Origin: Phocaeicola massiliensis
GTDB taxonomy: Bacteria > Spirochaetota > Spirochaetia > Sphaerochaetales > Sphaerochaetaceae
Length of the DNA: 54,319 nucleotides
Assembly (NCBI GenBank): GCA_963615565.1
Contig: CAVEGR010000079.1
Span: 1 to 54,319 of the forward strand
Direction: 5' to 3'
The position numbers and the translations under genes were made by a program. Shown piece by piece: positions 1-9,023 of the stretch. Each line of letters begins with the position of its first letter. Position 1 is the stretch's first letter. Below the pieces are notes generated by a model, which was given only the letters and a program-made list of their open reading frames with translations, was not told where the DNA came from and searched no databases.

Positions 1-1258
1 GAACCATACTATTGAAGCTTGTTCCAGAAAGCCATTTTTTACGAATAGTTATTGCTTGCAAATATGCTCTTATCACATCTTCAGAGGAAATATCACTTTC
101 TTGATGCTCTAACATTTTGCTATAAAGCCTAGCAATGTTATAATACAAAAAACCTCCCCACACGTTTAAACCCAAATCTACTTTGTCTAAATACTCGTTT
201 ACAATCTTTTCATAGCATTCTTTTGTAGCAAGCAACTTATCAAAAGAAGGAGAATAAGAATATAAGTGCATCATTGTAAGGCCAATATAATCGTAATACA
301 GAACTTCCAGTAAAGGATTTACTTTCTCACCTTTTGGTGGTGGATTTAGTTTTAAATTAACAAGTAATTCTTCATAAGTGCTTTGGGTTGGCTTGCAAGA
401 ATCAACCATCTTTTGTTTTATGTAAGAAATTACAACACTTAATGTATTTTTCCCAAAATCTAATAATTTACAATTTCCATAATATTGCCTGTCTTTTTCT
501 TTATAATCACCTAAAATCTTTTCAATTTTTGTGTACCAATTAGAAACAGCATCTTGTTTACCAAAAATGGGCAAGAATGCCACTCGTTCAGCTATATACA
601 TTAGGCGTTCATCAAAGTAATTAAGACTTTTACATTCATCTAACCACACATCAAGCAAATTTTGTAAGTATTCCTTATTGTTGCCAGTATGATTTTTATC
701 ATACAGATAGAACAATTTTCCATAATTAACAAAATAAGTTTCACGTCTAAGTAAATTGTCATATTGAGAAAACTCTTCATTTTCATCTTTACTTGTACGG
801 CTCAACTGCAGAATCTTCTTTATAACATCATTAAATACTTGTGTTTGGGTTTGATTGTTAAAAAATCTAATATCAAGTCCATTCATGTCAGATGGAAGTT
901 CAACACAATCAGCTTTATCTTCAAAATCTCCTAGCAGAATGCAGTGTTCTCTTCCAAGCTTATATAGAGCCATCCCTAACTCAAACACAACGTTTTGGCG
1001 CAAGCGTAAAACATTTTTATTGTTTTTAATACAACAGTCGTCAGCAGTCAAAATTGCAATGCAAATTTCCGTTTCGCTGAATAATTGAGTGACTTTTTCC
1101 AGGATATCACCTGTTAGTATGGATTCCATTACTATTCGAGAAGATAAAGGATATCTATTCTCCTTTTCATATTCATTTATAGATTCGTTTAGACTCTTTG
1201 CATATATACCACCTGAACCTCCATAAATAATAGAAATGGTTTTATATCTTGAAATCAT
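1..1258 (-). CDS. TIR-like domain protein (Cap12 / Pycsar-effector type) with an uncharacterised helical C-terminal region. The 3' end runs off the window.
   Basis: Absent from the ORF track because no stop lies in the window. I hand-translated the - strand from ATG 1258-1256 (purine-rich GGAAGGGAAGA just upstream) and found 419 codons with no stop down to position 2. The N-terminus MISRYKTISIIYGGSGG..ICIAILTADD..RLRQNVVFELGMALYKLGREHCILL..VELPSDMNGLDIRFF matches the conserved blocks of the bacterial TIR-like family (LTpDD; RqNVifElGyf.gkLGreRv..L; elPSDl.G). I recognise no motif in residues ~150-419. Confidence 0.7.
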   Translation of the reverse strand, partial: MISRYKTISIIYGGSGGIYAKSLNESINEYEKENRYPLSSRIVMESILTGDILEKVTQLFSETEICIAILTADDCCIKNNKNVLRLRQNVVFELGMALYKLGREHCILLGDFEDKADCVELPSDMNGLDIRFFNNQTQTQVFNDVIKKILQLSRTSKDENEEFSQYDNLLRRETYFVNYGKLFYLYDKNHTGNNKEYLQNLLDVWLDECKSLNYFDERLMYIAERVAFLPIFGKQDAVSNWYTKIEKILGDYKEKDRQYYGNCKLLDFGKNTLSVVISYIKQKMVDSCKPTQSTYEELLVNLKLNPPPKGEKVNPLLEVLYYDYIGLTMMHLYSYSPSFDKLLATKECYEKIVNEYLDKVDLGLNVWGGFLYYNIARLYSKMLEHQESDISSEDVIRAYLQAITIRKKWLSGTSFNSMV

Positions 1259-1338
1259 TCTTCCCTTCCTATGAGGCTTTTACAACATTTTGCAAGAACC
1301 TCCTATATTTCTTTAAAACGTCTGTCTATACAGTATAA

Positions 1339-1551
1339 TTGCTAGCTTTAAAAAAAACAAACAGATTCTTTTCAAGTTTTCAAAGCCGCAATAGACTCCA
1401 TGAGAGTCTTAGATATAAGACTCCTGGAGAAGTCTACAAAAAAGGGAGTTTCCCTGAAATAAAAACTGGGGCTGTTACAAGTCAACGAATTGCAACAGCC
1501 CCCGGAAAAGAAAAAAAGGTTTTATTGGAGTTTTATACTCTTCTCAAATAA
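1339..1551 (+). pseudogene. Possible remnant of the extreme C-terminus of a DDE (rve/IS3-like) transposase; not a functional gene
   Basis: TTG-initiated 70-aa ORF. Residues 17-33, RNRLHESLRYKTPGEVY (about 1387-1437), resemble the C-terminal tail of integrase-core transposases (R.HssLgYkTPaEvy). There is no catalytic domain and I saw no terminal inverted repeats. The rest of the ORF overlaps a terminator hairpin. Confidence 0.3.
1457..1502 (-). terminator. Rho-independent terminator of the 1533..1922 gene
   Basis: 9-bp stem GGGGCTGTT (1468-1476) / AACAGCCCC (1494-1502) with a 17-nt loop. On the - strand the hairpin is followed by AGTTTTTATTT (1467-1457). Confidence 0.6.
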
Positions 1552-1922
1552 TTGAGCTTTGAGTATTCATAAGATTGACGAATCCAGCTCTTTAATTCTG
1601 AATCAATATCAGTACAAGACTGGATTGGAACGTGATAGACGTAAGAACCATTTGGAAGAGGTTGAAGAGTTTTCTCAATCCTCTCATTTGAAATTCTCTT
1701 TTTATTTGTAAAACTCAACGTAAAGAGAGAAGGCTTTGTACTTTCAGAAGGAAGAGCAACATAAGCAAAACCAACTGAAGTCCTGAAAGCTATAATAGAA
1801 TCTTGTACAGCAATTCTTGCCTCTGGACAAAACTCTCCTATATATGTCTTCAGGTTTTCAAATGCTTCTAAAGACACTGGATTGTTATCAAAAAAAGCCT
1901 GTGCTTTATCCTCGCCTGACAT
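1533..1922 (-). CDS. DUF5655-like hypothetical protein
   Basis: The ORF track gives 1533..2009 from a TTG. An internal ATG at 1922 (MSGEDKAQAFF..) has GGAGG 9 nt upstream and gives the ~129-aa size usual for this family. The C-terminal block YVYHVPIQSCTDIDSELKSWIRQSYEY resembles the DUF5655 signature. The start is uncertain and 2009 remains possible. Confidence 0.55.
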   Translation of the reverse strand: MSGEDKAQAFFDNNPVSLEAFENLKTYIGEFCPEARIAVQDSIIAFRTSVGFAYVALPSESTKPSLFTLSFTNKKRISNERIEKTLQPLPNGSYVYHVPIQSCTDIDSELKSWIRQSYEYSKLNYLRRV

Positions 1923-2246
1923 TCCTTTTTGCCTCCTAAAAAAGGTTCTTCCGCAGTCTTCTTTTAGACTTTGTAATTGGATTATAAATGGCGTATTCAG
2001 ATTTGTCAATTCCTTATATTACAAAAAGTTATGAGTTTTTTGTGTCATATATTTCTTATATAACTATGCTAGTAAAACCAAATAAAAACACTCTTAAAAC
2101 TGTTTTGCTTTTTATAAATTTCACTGAGATTTAATACTTGTGTTTTTGAGGCTTTTACTTAGCCACAAAAAAAGTTCACTTTTCTTTTTCAAACATCGTA
2201 TGTATTATTTACATGTGAACAAACCTTGTTCACCACGGAGGAAACT

Positions 2247-2567
2247 ATGAATGAAGTAATTCTCAACGCAAGTAATTTTGAAAACGAAGTACTAAATTGC
2301 GATAAACCAGTCCTAGTAGATTTTTGGGCAACATGGTGTGGCCCCTGCAAAATGATTGCGCCACTGATTTCCCAACTTGCAGAGAAATATGGTGACAAAA
2401 TCAAAATTTGTAAGGCTAATGTTGATGAGAATGCAGAACTTGCCACCTCATATGGAGTAAGCAGCATTCCAACACTTCTTATCTTCAAAAACGGCGAAGT
2501 TGTAGCTCAAAGAATTGGAGCTGCCAGCATGCCAGTTCTAGAAGCCTTCATTAACGATAATCTATAG
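2247..2567 (+). CDS. trxA: Thioredoxin
   Basis: Active site WATWCGPCK and a 106-aa length. ATG 2247 is preceded by ACGGAGGAA; the track start at 2226 is an upstream TTG. Confidence 0.95.
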   Translation: MNEVILNASNFENEVLNCDKPVLVDFWATWCGPCKMIAPLISQLAEKYGDKIKICKANVDENAELATSYGVSSIPTLLIFKNGEVVAQRIGAASMPVLEAFINDNL

Positions 2568-2588
2568 AGGTTTTTGATAAACTCTATA

Positions 2589-2638
2589 AAAAAAAGACCA
2601 TTGCATTGAGTTTACTCTCGTTTGCAATGGCCTTTTTT
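2589..2638. terminator. Bidirectional Rho-independent terminator between convergent trxA and pckG
   Basis: 8-bp stem CCATTGCA (2598-2605) / TGCAATGG (2623-2630). It is flanked by an A-run (2589-2595) and a T-run (2633-2638). Confidence 0.7.
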
Positions 2639-2685
2639 ATTTAATAGTGCTCAATCAAGCACTTAATGGTGCAAACACCTTGCAG

Positions 2686-4512
2686 TTACTTTGCAGCCTT
2701 GAGGTTTGCCTCAAGAGTATTAAGCATATCTGCAAGCTCCTTAGGAAGCTTATCACCAAACTGTGGATAGTAATTGTTGCGAATGTCATCAACTTCCTTG
2801 AGCCAGCCATCAACATCAACAGCAAGAAGCTGTTTCATATCTTCTTCTGTTACGCCCTCAGGTCTGTCAATTGCATCAACAGTTGGCATGATACCAATTG
2901 GAGTATCAACTGTTTTTGCAGTACCATCACAGCACTCAAAAATCCACTTGAGAACACGGCTGTTGTCGCCGTAGCCTGGCCAGAGCCACTTGCCCTCTGG
3001 AGTCTTGCGGAACCAGTTAACATAGAAAATCTTTGGAAGAAGGCTCTGATCCTTTGCAGCCTTACCAACATCAAGCCAATGCTTGAAGTAGTCGCCAGCA
3101 TTGTAGCCAATGAAAGGCTTCATAGCCATTGGGTCACGTCTTATGCCACTTGCAACGTCAAGAGTAGCTGCTGTGACTTCTGAGCCAACAATTGATCCAA
3201 GGAATGTTCCGTGTGTCCAGTTTCTAGCCATATGAACCAATGGAATTGTGCTTGGACGTCTGCCACCAAAGAGGATAGCTGATACTGGTACTCCATGAGG
3301 ATCGTCCCATTCTTTTGCAAGAGTTGGGCACTGATTTGCAGGAGCTGTGAATCTTGAATTTGGATGAGCAGCTGGTTTCTGTTCCTTGTCTGCTTTGTTC
3401 TGAATCCACTCATTTCCGTGCCAATCAATGAGCTTACCTGGAGCATCATATCCAATGCCTTCCCACCATACGTCTCCGTCTTCAGTAAGTGCAACGTTTG
3501 TGAAAATTGTATTCTTGGAAGCTGCTGCAAGAGCATTGTAGTTGCTCTTTGCTGATGTGCCTGGTGCAACACCAAAGAAGCCTGTCTCAACTGCCATAGC
3601 ATAAAGTCTACCGTCTTTGCCGTAGCGAAGCCATGCAATATCGTCAGAAAGGGTTTCAACCTTCCAACCTGGAATTGTAGGAATAAGCATAGCCAAGTTT
3701 GTCTTTCCACAAGCACTTGGGAATGCTGCTGTTATATAACGAACTTTGCCTTCTGGGTTTGTGAGCTTAAGAATAAGCATATGCTCTGCAAGCCAGCCTT
3801 CGTCTCTAGCAAGAACTGTTGCAATTCTAAGAGCAAGACACTTCTTTCCAAGAAGAGCATTTCCACCGTAACCTGAACCATATGACCAAATTTCTCTTGT
3901 CTCTGGGAAGTGTGCAATGTACTTATGATCCATATCAGCACATGGCCAAATGCCATGATCGGACTCGCCATCTGCAAGAGGCTTACCAACAGAGTGGTAG
4001 CATGGAACGTACTCGCCATCCGTGCCAAGCTGTTCAAGAACGTTGTAACCAACACGAGTCATGATGATCATGTTACAAACAACATATTCGCTATCTGTAA
4101 GCTCAATACCAATCTTTGCAAACTCTGAACCAACTGGGCCCATTGAGAATGGAATTACATAGAGGGTACGACCCTTCATGCAACCCTTGTAAAGAGCTGT
4201 CATTGTCTTCTTTAATTCATGTGGTTCAATCCAGTTATTGGTTGGACCTGCATCCTCTTCCTTTAAGCTAGAGATATAAGTTCTCTTTTCAACACGAGCA
4301 ACATCAGAAGGATCTGAACGGAAAAGAACGCTGTGAGGCTTTTTCTCTTCATTCAAACGTGTTGCAAGACCACTTTCCACCATCTGGTTAATCAAGGAAT
4401 CGTATTCTTCCTTTGACCCACTACAGACATGGATCTTCTCAGGAGTGGTAAGAGCAGCAAAGTCTTCTATCCACTTTCTAAGACCGGCATGTTTAATTTC
4501 GTTGACTGTCAT
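2686..4512 (-). CDS. pckG: Phosphoenolpyruvate carboxykinase (GTP)
   Basis: 608 aa with the kinase-1a loop FPSACGKTNLAML and overall GTP-PEPCK architecture. AAGGAGA lies upstream of ATG 4512. All other track ORFs in 2647-4128 are alternative-frame artefacts. Confidence 0.95.
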   Translation of the reverse strand: MTVNEIKHAGLRKWIEDFAALTTPEKIHVCSGSKEEYDSLINQMVESGLATRLNEEKKPHSVLFRSDPSDVARVEKRTYISSLKEEDAGPTNNWIEPHELKKTMTALYKGCMKGRTLYVIPFSMGPVGSEFAKIGIELTDSEYVVCNMIIMTRVGYNVLEQLGTDGEYVPCYHSVGKPLADGESDHGIWPCADMDHKYIAHFPETREIWSYGSGYGGNALLGKKCLALRIATVLARDEGWLAEHMLILKLTNPEGKVRYITAAFPSACGKTNLAMLIPTIPGWKVETLSDDIAWLRYGKDGRLYAMAVETGFFGVAPGTSAKSNYNALAAASKNTIFTNVALTEDGDVWWEGIGYDAPGKLIDWHGNEWIQNKADKEQKPAAHPNSRFTAPANQCPTLAKEWDDPHGVPVSAILFGGRRPSTIPLVHMARNWTHGTFLGSIVGSEVTAATLDVASGIRRDPMAMKPFIGYNAGDYFKHWLDVGKAAKDQSLLPKIFYVNWFRKTPEGKWLWPGYGDNSRVLKWIFECCDGTAKTVDTPIGIMPTVDAIDRPEGVTEEDMKQLLAVDVDGWLKEVDDIRNNYYPQFGDKLPKELADMLNTLEANLKAAK

Positions 4513-4889
4513 TAAAATATTCTCCTTATAGGCTTACGAGCAAAGCCCAAAACACCTGTGCTTAAAATGTACCGAATTTTTACCCCATATTCAAGCAAGA
4601 AACACAATTGGAAATAATTCGGTTAAGAACTTACGCATCAAATGGGAATTTTAATGACTAGTTTTGTTGATATGAGTATTCATTTGCTGTTGGAAGTTGG
4701 AGCTGTAGAGCCAGACAAAGGTGTTGTAAAATCAATTTTGATTCTATTTGAAGTAAAGCTGTTTTTTAGAATCAATTTTTGGATTTGCAGAACTCTAGAA
4801 CTTTGTAGTGGGCTAACTTGGCAAGCCTTTCTCCTATTTCAGATACATGCCAACCTCTATTTACATAAACAGGATAAACATTAGAGGAA

Positions 4890-5222
4890 CTAGCTCTTGT
4901 CTCCGTTTACACCATAACCGGGAATTGTAAAAACACGTGCAAGTTGATACAGCAACATTGTCACTTCACAGAAAGTTTCGTCATAATTATCCCATGTACT
5001 ACCATAAACAAGAACTTGCTTCAAAGAAAATGACTTTGTTGAAAATTTATAGTAATAGTCAAACATACCAACAACTCGAGAGTTTGATTCTGCATGATAA
5101 AGACAATAAACCCCATCCCTATTAACTGTTACATTTTTCAGAATAAGATCAAATCCGCCAACACTGATTGAATTACGGCCTGAAACAAAAGACAACAAAA
5201 TGAGCAAGAACAGTTTCTTCAT
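4890..5222 (-). CDS. Small hypothetical secreted protein
   Basis: ATG 5222 (MKKLFLLILLSFVSG..) follows GAAGG, and the N-terminus looks like a signal peptide. I recognise no family. Confidence 0.4.
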   Translation of the reverse strand: MKKLFLLILLSFVSGRNSISVGGFDLILKNVTVNRDGVYCLYHAESNSRVVGMFDYYYKFSTKSFSLKQVLVYGSTWDNYDETFCEVTMLLYQLARVFTIPGYGVNGDKS

Positions 5223-5310
5223 TAAGACCTTCAATCATGATGTGAAACACTTTCATTTTGAACTACATATTTGCATTTGAAAAGACCCCACCTTTTGTTT
5301 TATAAGAAAA

Positions 5311-5340
5311 TACTGCAAAATACTGCAAAATACTGCAAAG
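5311..5340 (+). repeat. Three tandem 10-bp units (TACTGCAAAA, TACTGCAAAA, TACTGCAAAG) upstream of the U32 gene
   Basis: Read directly at 5311-5320, 5321-5330 and 5331-5340. The repeat lies 61 nt upstream of ATG 5401. Confidence 0.85.
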
Positions 5341-5400
5341 ACGAGAACAACAAGACCGCTATATGGTATAGTGAAGAACACAAACAAAAGGAGAGTGCAT

Positions 5401-7500
5401 ATGCAAGGAGAAACAAATCTGCCAATATTGAAAAACAGGCCGGAGTTGGCTCTTCCTGCAGGGTCTCTGCAATGTGCCCTCTATGCCTTTAAAGGCGGAG
5501 CAGATGCAGTGTATCTTGGCCTGAAAGATTTTTCAGCCAGAAAAGGAGCTGTAAATTTCACTTTTGATGATGTCAGAAAACTTAAAGAAATCTGCACAAC
5601 ACAAGACAAAAAATTTTATGTGACCCTGAACACATTATTATACGACAATGAACTTCCCCAAGCATATGCAATGCTCAAACAGCTCAATTATTTACAGCCA
5701 GATGGTATTATTGTTCAAGATCTTGGAATTGCCAAAATAGTAAGAGATAAGTTTCCCAATCTTCCACTTCATGGCTCAACGCAACTTGCAGTTCACACAA
5801 CACAAGGAGTTAAAGAGCTTCAAAATTTAGGCTTTACTAGAGTAGTTCTTTCAAGAGAATTGTCCTTTGAAGAGATACAAAAGATACGCCAAGAATGTCC
5901 TGATATTGAACTAAAGGTTTTTATTCATGGTGCACTTTGCTATGGCTTTTCTGGTCTATGTATGGCAAGTGAGACCATTACAGGAAGAAGTGCAAACAGA
6001 GGAGCTTGTGCTCAAATATGTAGAACCTGGTTCAACAACCCAAAAGAATGTTCTTTAAATTGTAATTCTAGTTGGCTCTTTAGCATGAAAGACCTCTGTA
6101 CTGGAGAACTTGTTCAAAAATACAAAGAAATTGGCATTGATTCTCTAAAAGTAGAAGGCAGAATGAAGGGTCCGGAATATGTTTATTGGTGTGCAAAATA
6201 TTACAGCATGATTCTTGATGGTTTAGATGAATCCAACAAAGAAGTTCAATGGGCTAAAGAATGCATGCAAACTTCTTTCTCTCGTGAAACTACAACTGGA
6301 TTTTTTAACACTAAAGCAAATGGAAGTTACAATGCAGAAAACATGGTTTGCTCTTCCTATCCATCTCACAAAGGCATACAAGTAGGAACCATTGAGAAGG
6401 TGCTAAACTCTAAAGCTGTTATTAAATTTTCAAAACCAGTTGCCCTGCGTGATGGCCTGTTGGTGGTATCACAAGGTGAAAAATCAATGGAAAGTAGCGG
6501 TTTTGGGGTATCGTTTATAGACGGAGGCCGTTCCTTTATTAGTAAAGGAGAAACGGCAACAATCAATTTCCCAACTTCAGACTTTACTAAAAAACCTAGT
6601 TTTGGAACACCTGTTTATTGCACATCTAGACACAATCAAAACCTTCCACTTCTCTCTGAGAATATAAGTGCATATAAAAAGCCAATAGATTTAAACATTC
6701 TGCTTACACCAGATTCAATTTCCATTAATGGCAAAAGTTTTGACTGTCCAATGCAGCAGGCTAACAATCCAATAGACCTTAAAGATAATTTTAAGAAGGT
6801 CTTTCAAGCATCGGACAAAAGTTTATTTACATCAAGCAATATTTATATTGATAACCAAAGTGGTTTTGAAAACCCATTTATTCCACTTTCCGTTTTAAAG
6901 CGCATTAGGCGTGAATTTTATGCAATCCAAGACAAGGAATTTGAAGCGTCTTTGCTTGAAACTCCAAGTTTCCCACCTTTCACAGATAACTTTTCTCTCC
7001 CTAAAAGATCTTTGCTGAGACTTTGGGATGATATAATCTATATCAATAATGTTGCTTACCTTCCTTTAAGTCCAATAATGTTCAATGAAAAAGAATATTA
7101 TTCAAAACTGGATAATATAATTAAGGAAAAGACAGATATTATTATCGGGATAAATAATATTGCACAAGTAAGATGGGCAAAGCAGCATCCAGATCTCAAA
7201 GTCTTTGCCGATATCTTCCTTTACACTGCCAATGGTGTGGCGTATGAAGCTTTGAAGGAAGAATTGCCAAATTTGGTAGGCTCGTATGAGAAGCATTTGG
7301 GAAACTGGGATGAAGATTTCAAGGTGCCGTTGTTTATAAGTAGAGTGTGCATGCGCCACCATGGAATGGGGCTTTCATGTAAAGGTTGCACCAAAAACAA
7401 TGTCTACAAAATTTCGCAAAATGGAAAGAATTATAATGTTATTTGCAAAGATTGCATTACAATAGTGACTGAGGCCATTTCAGAGACCTCAGAAAAATAG
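5401..7500 (+). CDS. U32-family protein (annotated peptidase family; possible Fe-S dependent hydroxylase-type enzyme)
   Basis: N-terminus LALPAGSLQCALYAFKGGADAVYLGLKDFSARKGAVNF and the conserved block GRSANRGACAQICR. ATG 5401 is preceded by AAAGGAGAG; the track start 5371 is a GTG. There is a Cys-rich C-terminus (CMRHHGMGLSCKGC..CKDC). Confidence 0.85.
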   Translation: MQGETNLPILKNRPELALPAGSLQCALYAFKGGADAVYLGLKDFSARKGAVNFTFDDVRKLKEICTTQDKKFYVTLNTLLYDNELPQAYAMLKQLNYLQPDGIIVQDLGIAKIVRDKFPNLPLHGSTQLAVHTTQGVKELQNLGFTRVVLSRELSFEEIQKIRQECPDIELKVFIHGALCYGFSGLCMASETITGRSANRGACAQICRTWFNNPKECSLNCNSSWLFSMKDLCTGELVQKYKEIGIDSLKVEGRMKGPEYVYWCAKYYSMILDGLDESNKEVQWAKECMQTSFSRETTTGFFNTKANGSYNAENMVCSSYPSHKGIQVGTIEKVLNSKAVIKFSKPVALRDGLLVVSQGEKSMESSGFGVSFIDGGRSFISKGETATINFPTSDFTKKPSFGTPVYCTSRHNQNLPLLSENISAYKKPIDLNILLTPDSISINGKSFDCPMQQANNPIDLKDNFKKVFQASDKSLFTSSNIYIDNQSGFENPFIPLSVLKRIRREFYAIQDKEFEASLLETPSFPPFTDNFSLPKRSLLRLWDDIIYINNVAYLPLSPIMFNEKEYYSKLDNIIKEKTDIIIGINNIAQVRWAKQHPDLKVFADIFLYTANGVAYEALKEELPNLVGSYEKHLGNWDEDFKVPLFISRVCMRHHGMGLSCKGCTKNNVYKISQNGKNYNVICKDCITIVTEAISETSEK

Positions 7501-7509
7501 GAGATTTAC

Positions 7510-8994
7510 ATGGAAAAAGAGAAACAGGTGAAGAAAAATCTATTATTGTTCCCAATTGGTACCATTGGAAGAGACATGGTGTACCAGTTGTTCACAAACT
7601 TTATTCTTACCTTCATTCTTTTCACAAGACAGCTTACAGCAGCCCAGTTGACCGCTATCACAGCAATTATGGTTGGGGCACGAGTATTTGACGCCCTCAA
7701 TGACCCAATTATGGGAAATATCATTGAAAGAACTAGAACAAAATGGGGCAAATTTAAACCTTGGCTTCTTGCTGGCTCTGTTAGCACAATGGCAGTTGTT
7801 ATTACAGCTTTTAACACCAAGCTCCAAGGGTGGAAATTTGTTTGGCTGTTTGGCTTTCTTTATTTTACCTACAGTATTACCTACACTATGAACGATATTT
7901 CTTACTGGGGCATGATTCCAGCTTTGTCATCTGATGGACATACGAGGGACCAATTCACATCTAGAGCCACACTTTTTGCAGGAATTGGCGGAACTGGGGC
8001 ATCAATTTTGATTCCAATGCTCACAACAGGAGCTATGACAATTGGTGGAAGTACGGCTACTGCCTATGGTATTATCTCCATTGTTATTAGCGTTCTTTCC
8101 CCTCTTTTCCTCTGTTTTATTTTCTTTGGTGTTAAAGAAAATAGAGATGACCAGTCTAAGCCAGCCCCTAAAATTAGCATCAAAATGATTATTAATACCA
8201 TTGCAAAGAATGACCAACTTTTGTGGATTTCCTTAATTTTCTTGCTTCAGCAGATTGGAAGTGGTCTTGTTCTTGGTGGAATTGGTTCAACCTATATTTA
8301 CTTAGAATTTGGATACAACGGTGGTCTTTATTCATTGTTTACAACAATAGGAATGTCAGCAACCGCTATTTTGATGGTATTCTACCCAACAATCTCTAAG
8401 CGAATTCACCGCAAAAAACTCATGGGTATTATGCAAGTCATTTCAATTGTTGGTTATGCAATTATGCTTATCGCAGGCCTTGCACTTCCAGCTGTCATGC
8501 TTAAATTCTACCTCATCACAATAGGTTACATGCTCTCAAACTTTGGTATGTACTGCTTCTACTTAATTATGATGATTTCTATCATTAACACAGTTGAGTA
8601 TAACGAATATAAATATGGAGCAAGAAACGAGGCTATCATTTCTTCCCTGCGTCCATTCTTCACAAAAATGGGCAGTGCATTAGTAGTTGTCATCACAACT
8701 GCAACATATCTAATTTTTGGCGTAACAAAATATACCAATCAGATATCGGAACTAGAGAATCAAGCCGCACGTAATCTCATTTCTGACACAGACAAGCTTT
8801 CTGCAATTGAGAACATCTTGACAGGAATTAGCTCTAGCCAGACAAATGGACTTCTTCTTGGTATCACAATTGTACCTCTAGTCTTCATGCTCGCTTCATA
8901 TTTCCTCTACAAGAAGCACTATAAACTAGATGAACCAGAGTACGATAGAATTTGCAAGGAGCTTGAAGCTCGCAGAGCAAATTCTTTGGACTAA
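7510..8994 (+). CDS. Glycoside-pentoside-hexuronide (GPH):cation symporter, MFS superfamily
   Basis: GPH signature DALNDPIMGNIIERTRTKWGKFKPW and multiple hydrophobic spans. TAGGAGA lies upstream of the ATG. The gene starts 9 nt after the U32 stop. Confidence 0.85.
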   Translation: MEKEKQVKKNLLLFPIGTIGRDMVYQLFTNFILTFILFTRQLTAAQLTAITAIMVGARVFDALNDPIMGNIIERTRTKWGKFKPWLLAGSVSTMAVVITAFNTKLQGWKFVWLFGFLYFTYSITYTMNDISYWGMIPALSSDGHTRDQFTSRATLFAGIGGTGASILIPMLTTGAMTIGGSTATAYGIISIVISVLSPLFLCFIFFGVKENRDDQSKPAPKISIKMIINTIAKNDQLLWISLIFLLQQIGSGLVLGGIGSTYIYLEFGYNGGLYSLFTTIGMSATAILMVFYPTISKRIHRKKLMGIMQVISIVGYAIMLIAGLALPAVMLKFYLITIGYMLSNFGMYCFYLIMMISIINTVEYNEYKYGARNEAIISSLRPFFTKMGSALVVVITTATYLIFGVTKYTNQISELENQAARNLISDTDKLSAIENILTGISSSQTNGLLLGITIVPLVFMLASYFLYKKHYKLDEPEYDRICKELEARRANSLD

Positions 8995-9018
8995 ACTTGG
9001 ACTAAACTTGGACTAACA
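8986..9018 (+). repeat. 11-bp tandem repeat (TTGGACTAAAC x2 plus TTGGACTAACA) spanning the GPH stop codon
   Basis: Units read at 8986-8996, 8997-9007 and 9008-9018. The stop codon TAA at 8992-8994 lies inside unit 1. Confidence 0.85.
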
Positions 9019-9023
9019 TTGTG

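Noticed and set aside
855-1088. 77-aa + strand ORF from the track
   Set aside because: It lies entirely antisense inside the 419-codon TIR-like reading frame. It has no ribosome-binding site and its Ser/Leu-rich composition is typical of a shadow ORF.
2647-4128. Cluster of track ORFs on both strands within pckG (for example 2647..3183 +, 3141..3716 -, 3732..4055 -)
   Set aside because: All are alternative frames of a gene with unmistakable GTP-PEPCK motifs. They show no independent signals.
4642-4884. 80-aa + strand ORF in the long pckG upstream region
   Set aside because: It has no Shine-Dalgarno sequence and no recognisable motif, and it runs opposite to both flanking genes. The region is more likely promoter and leader for pckG. 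I could not exclude a small RNA.
5311-9018. Possibility that the short tandem repeats (5311-5340, 8986-9018) are CRISPR arrays
   Set aside because: The units are only 10-11 bp, directly abutting with no spacers, and no cas genes are present.
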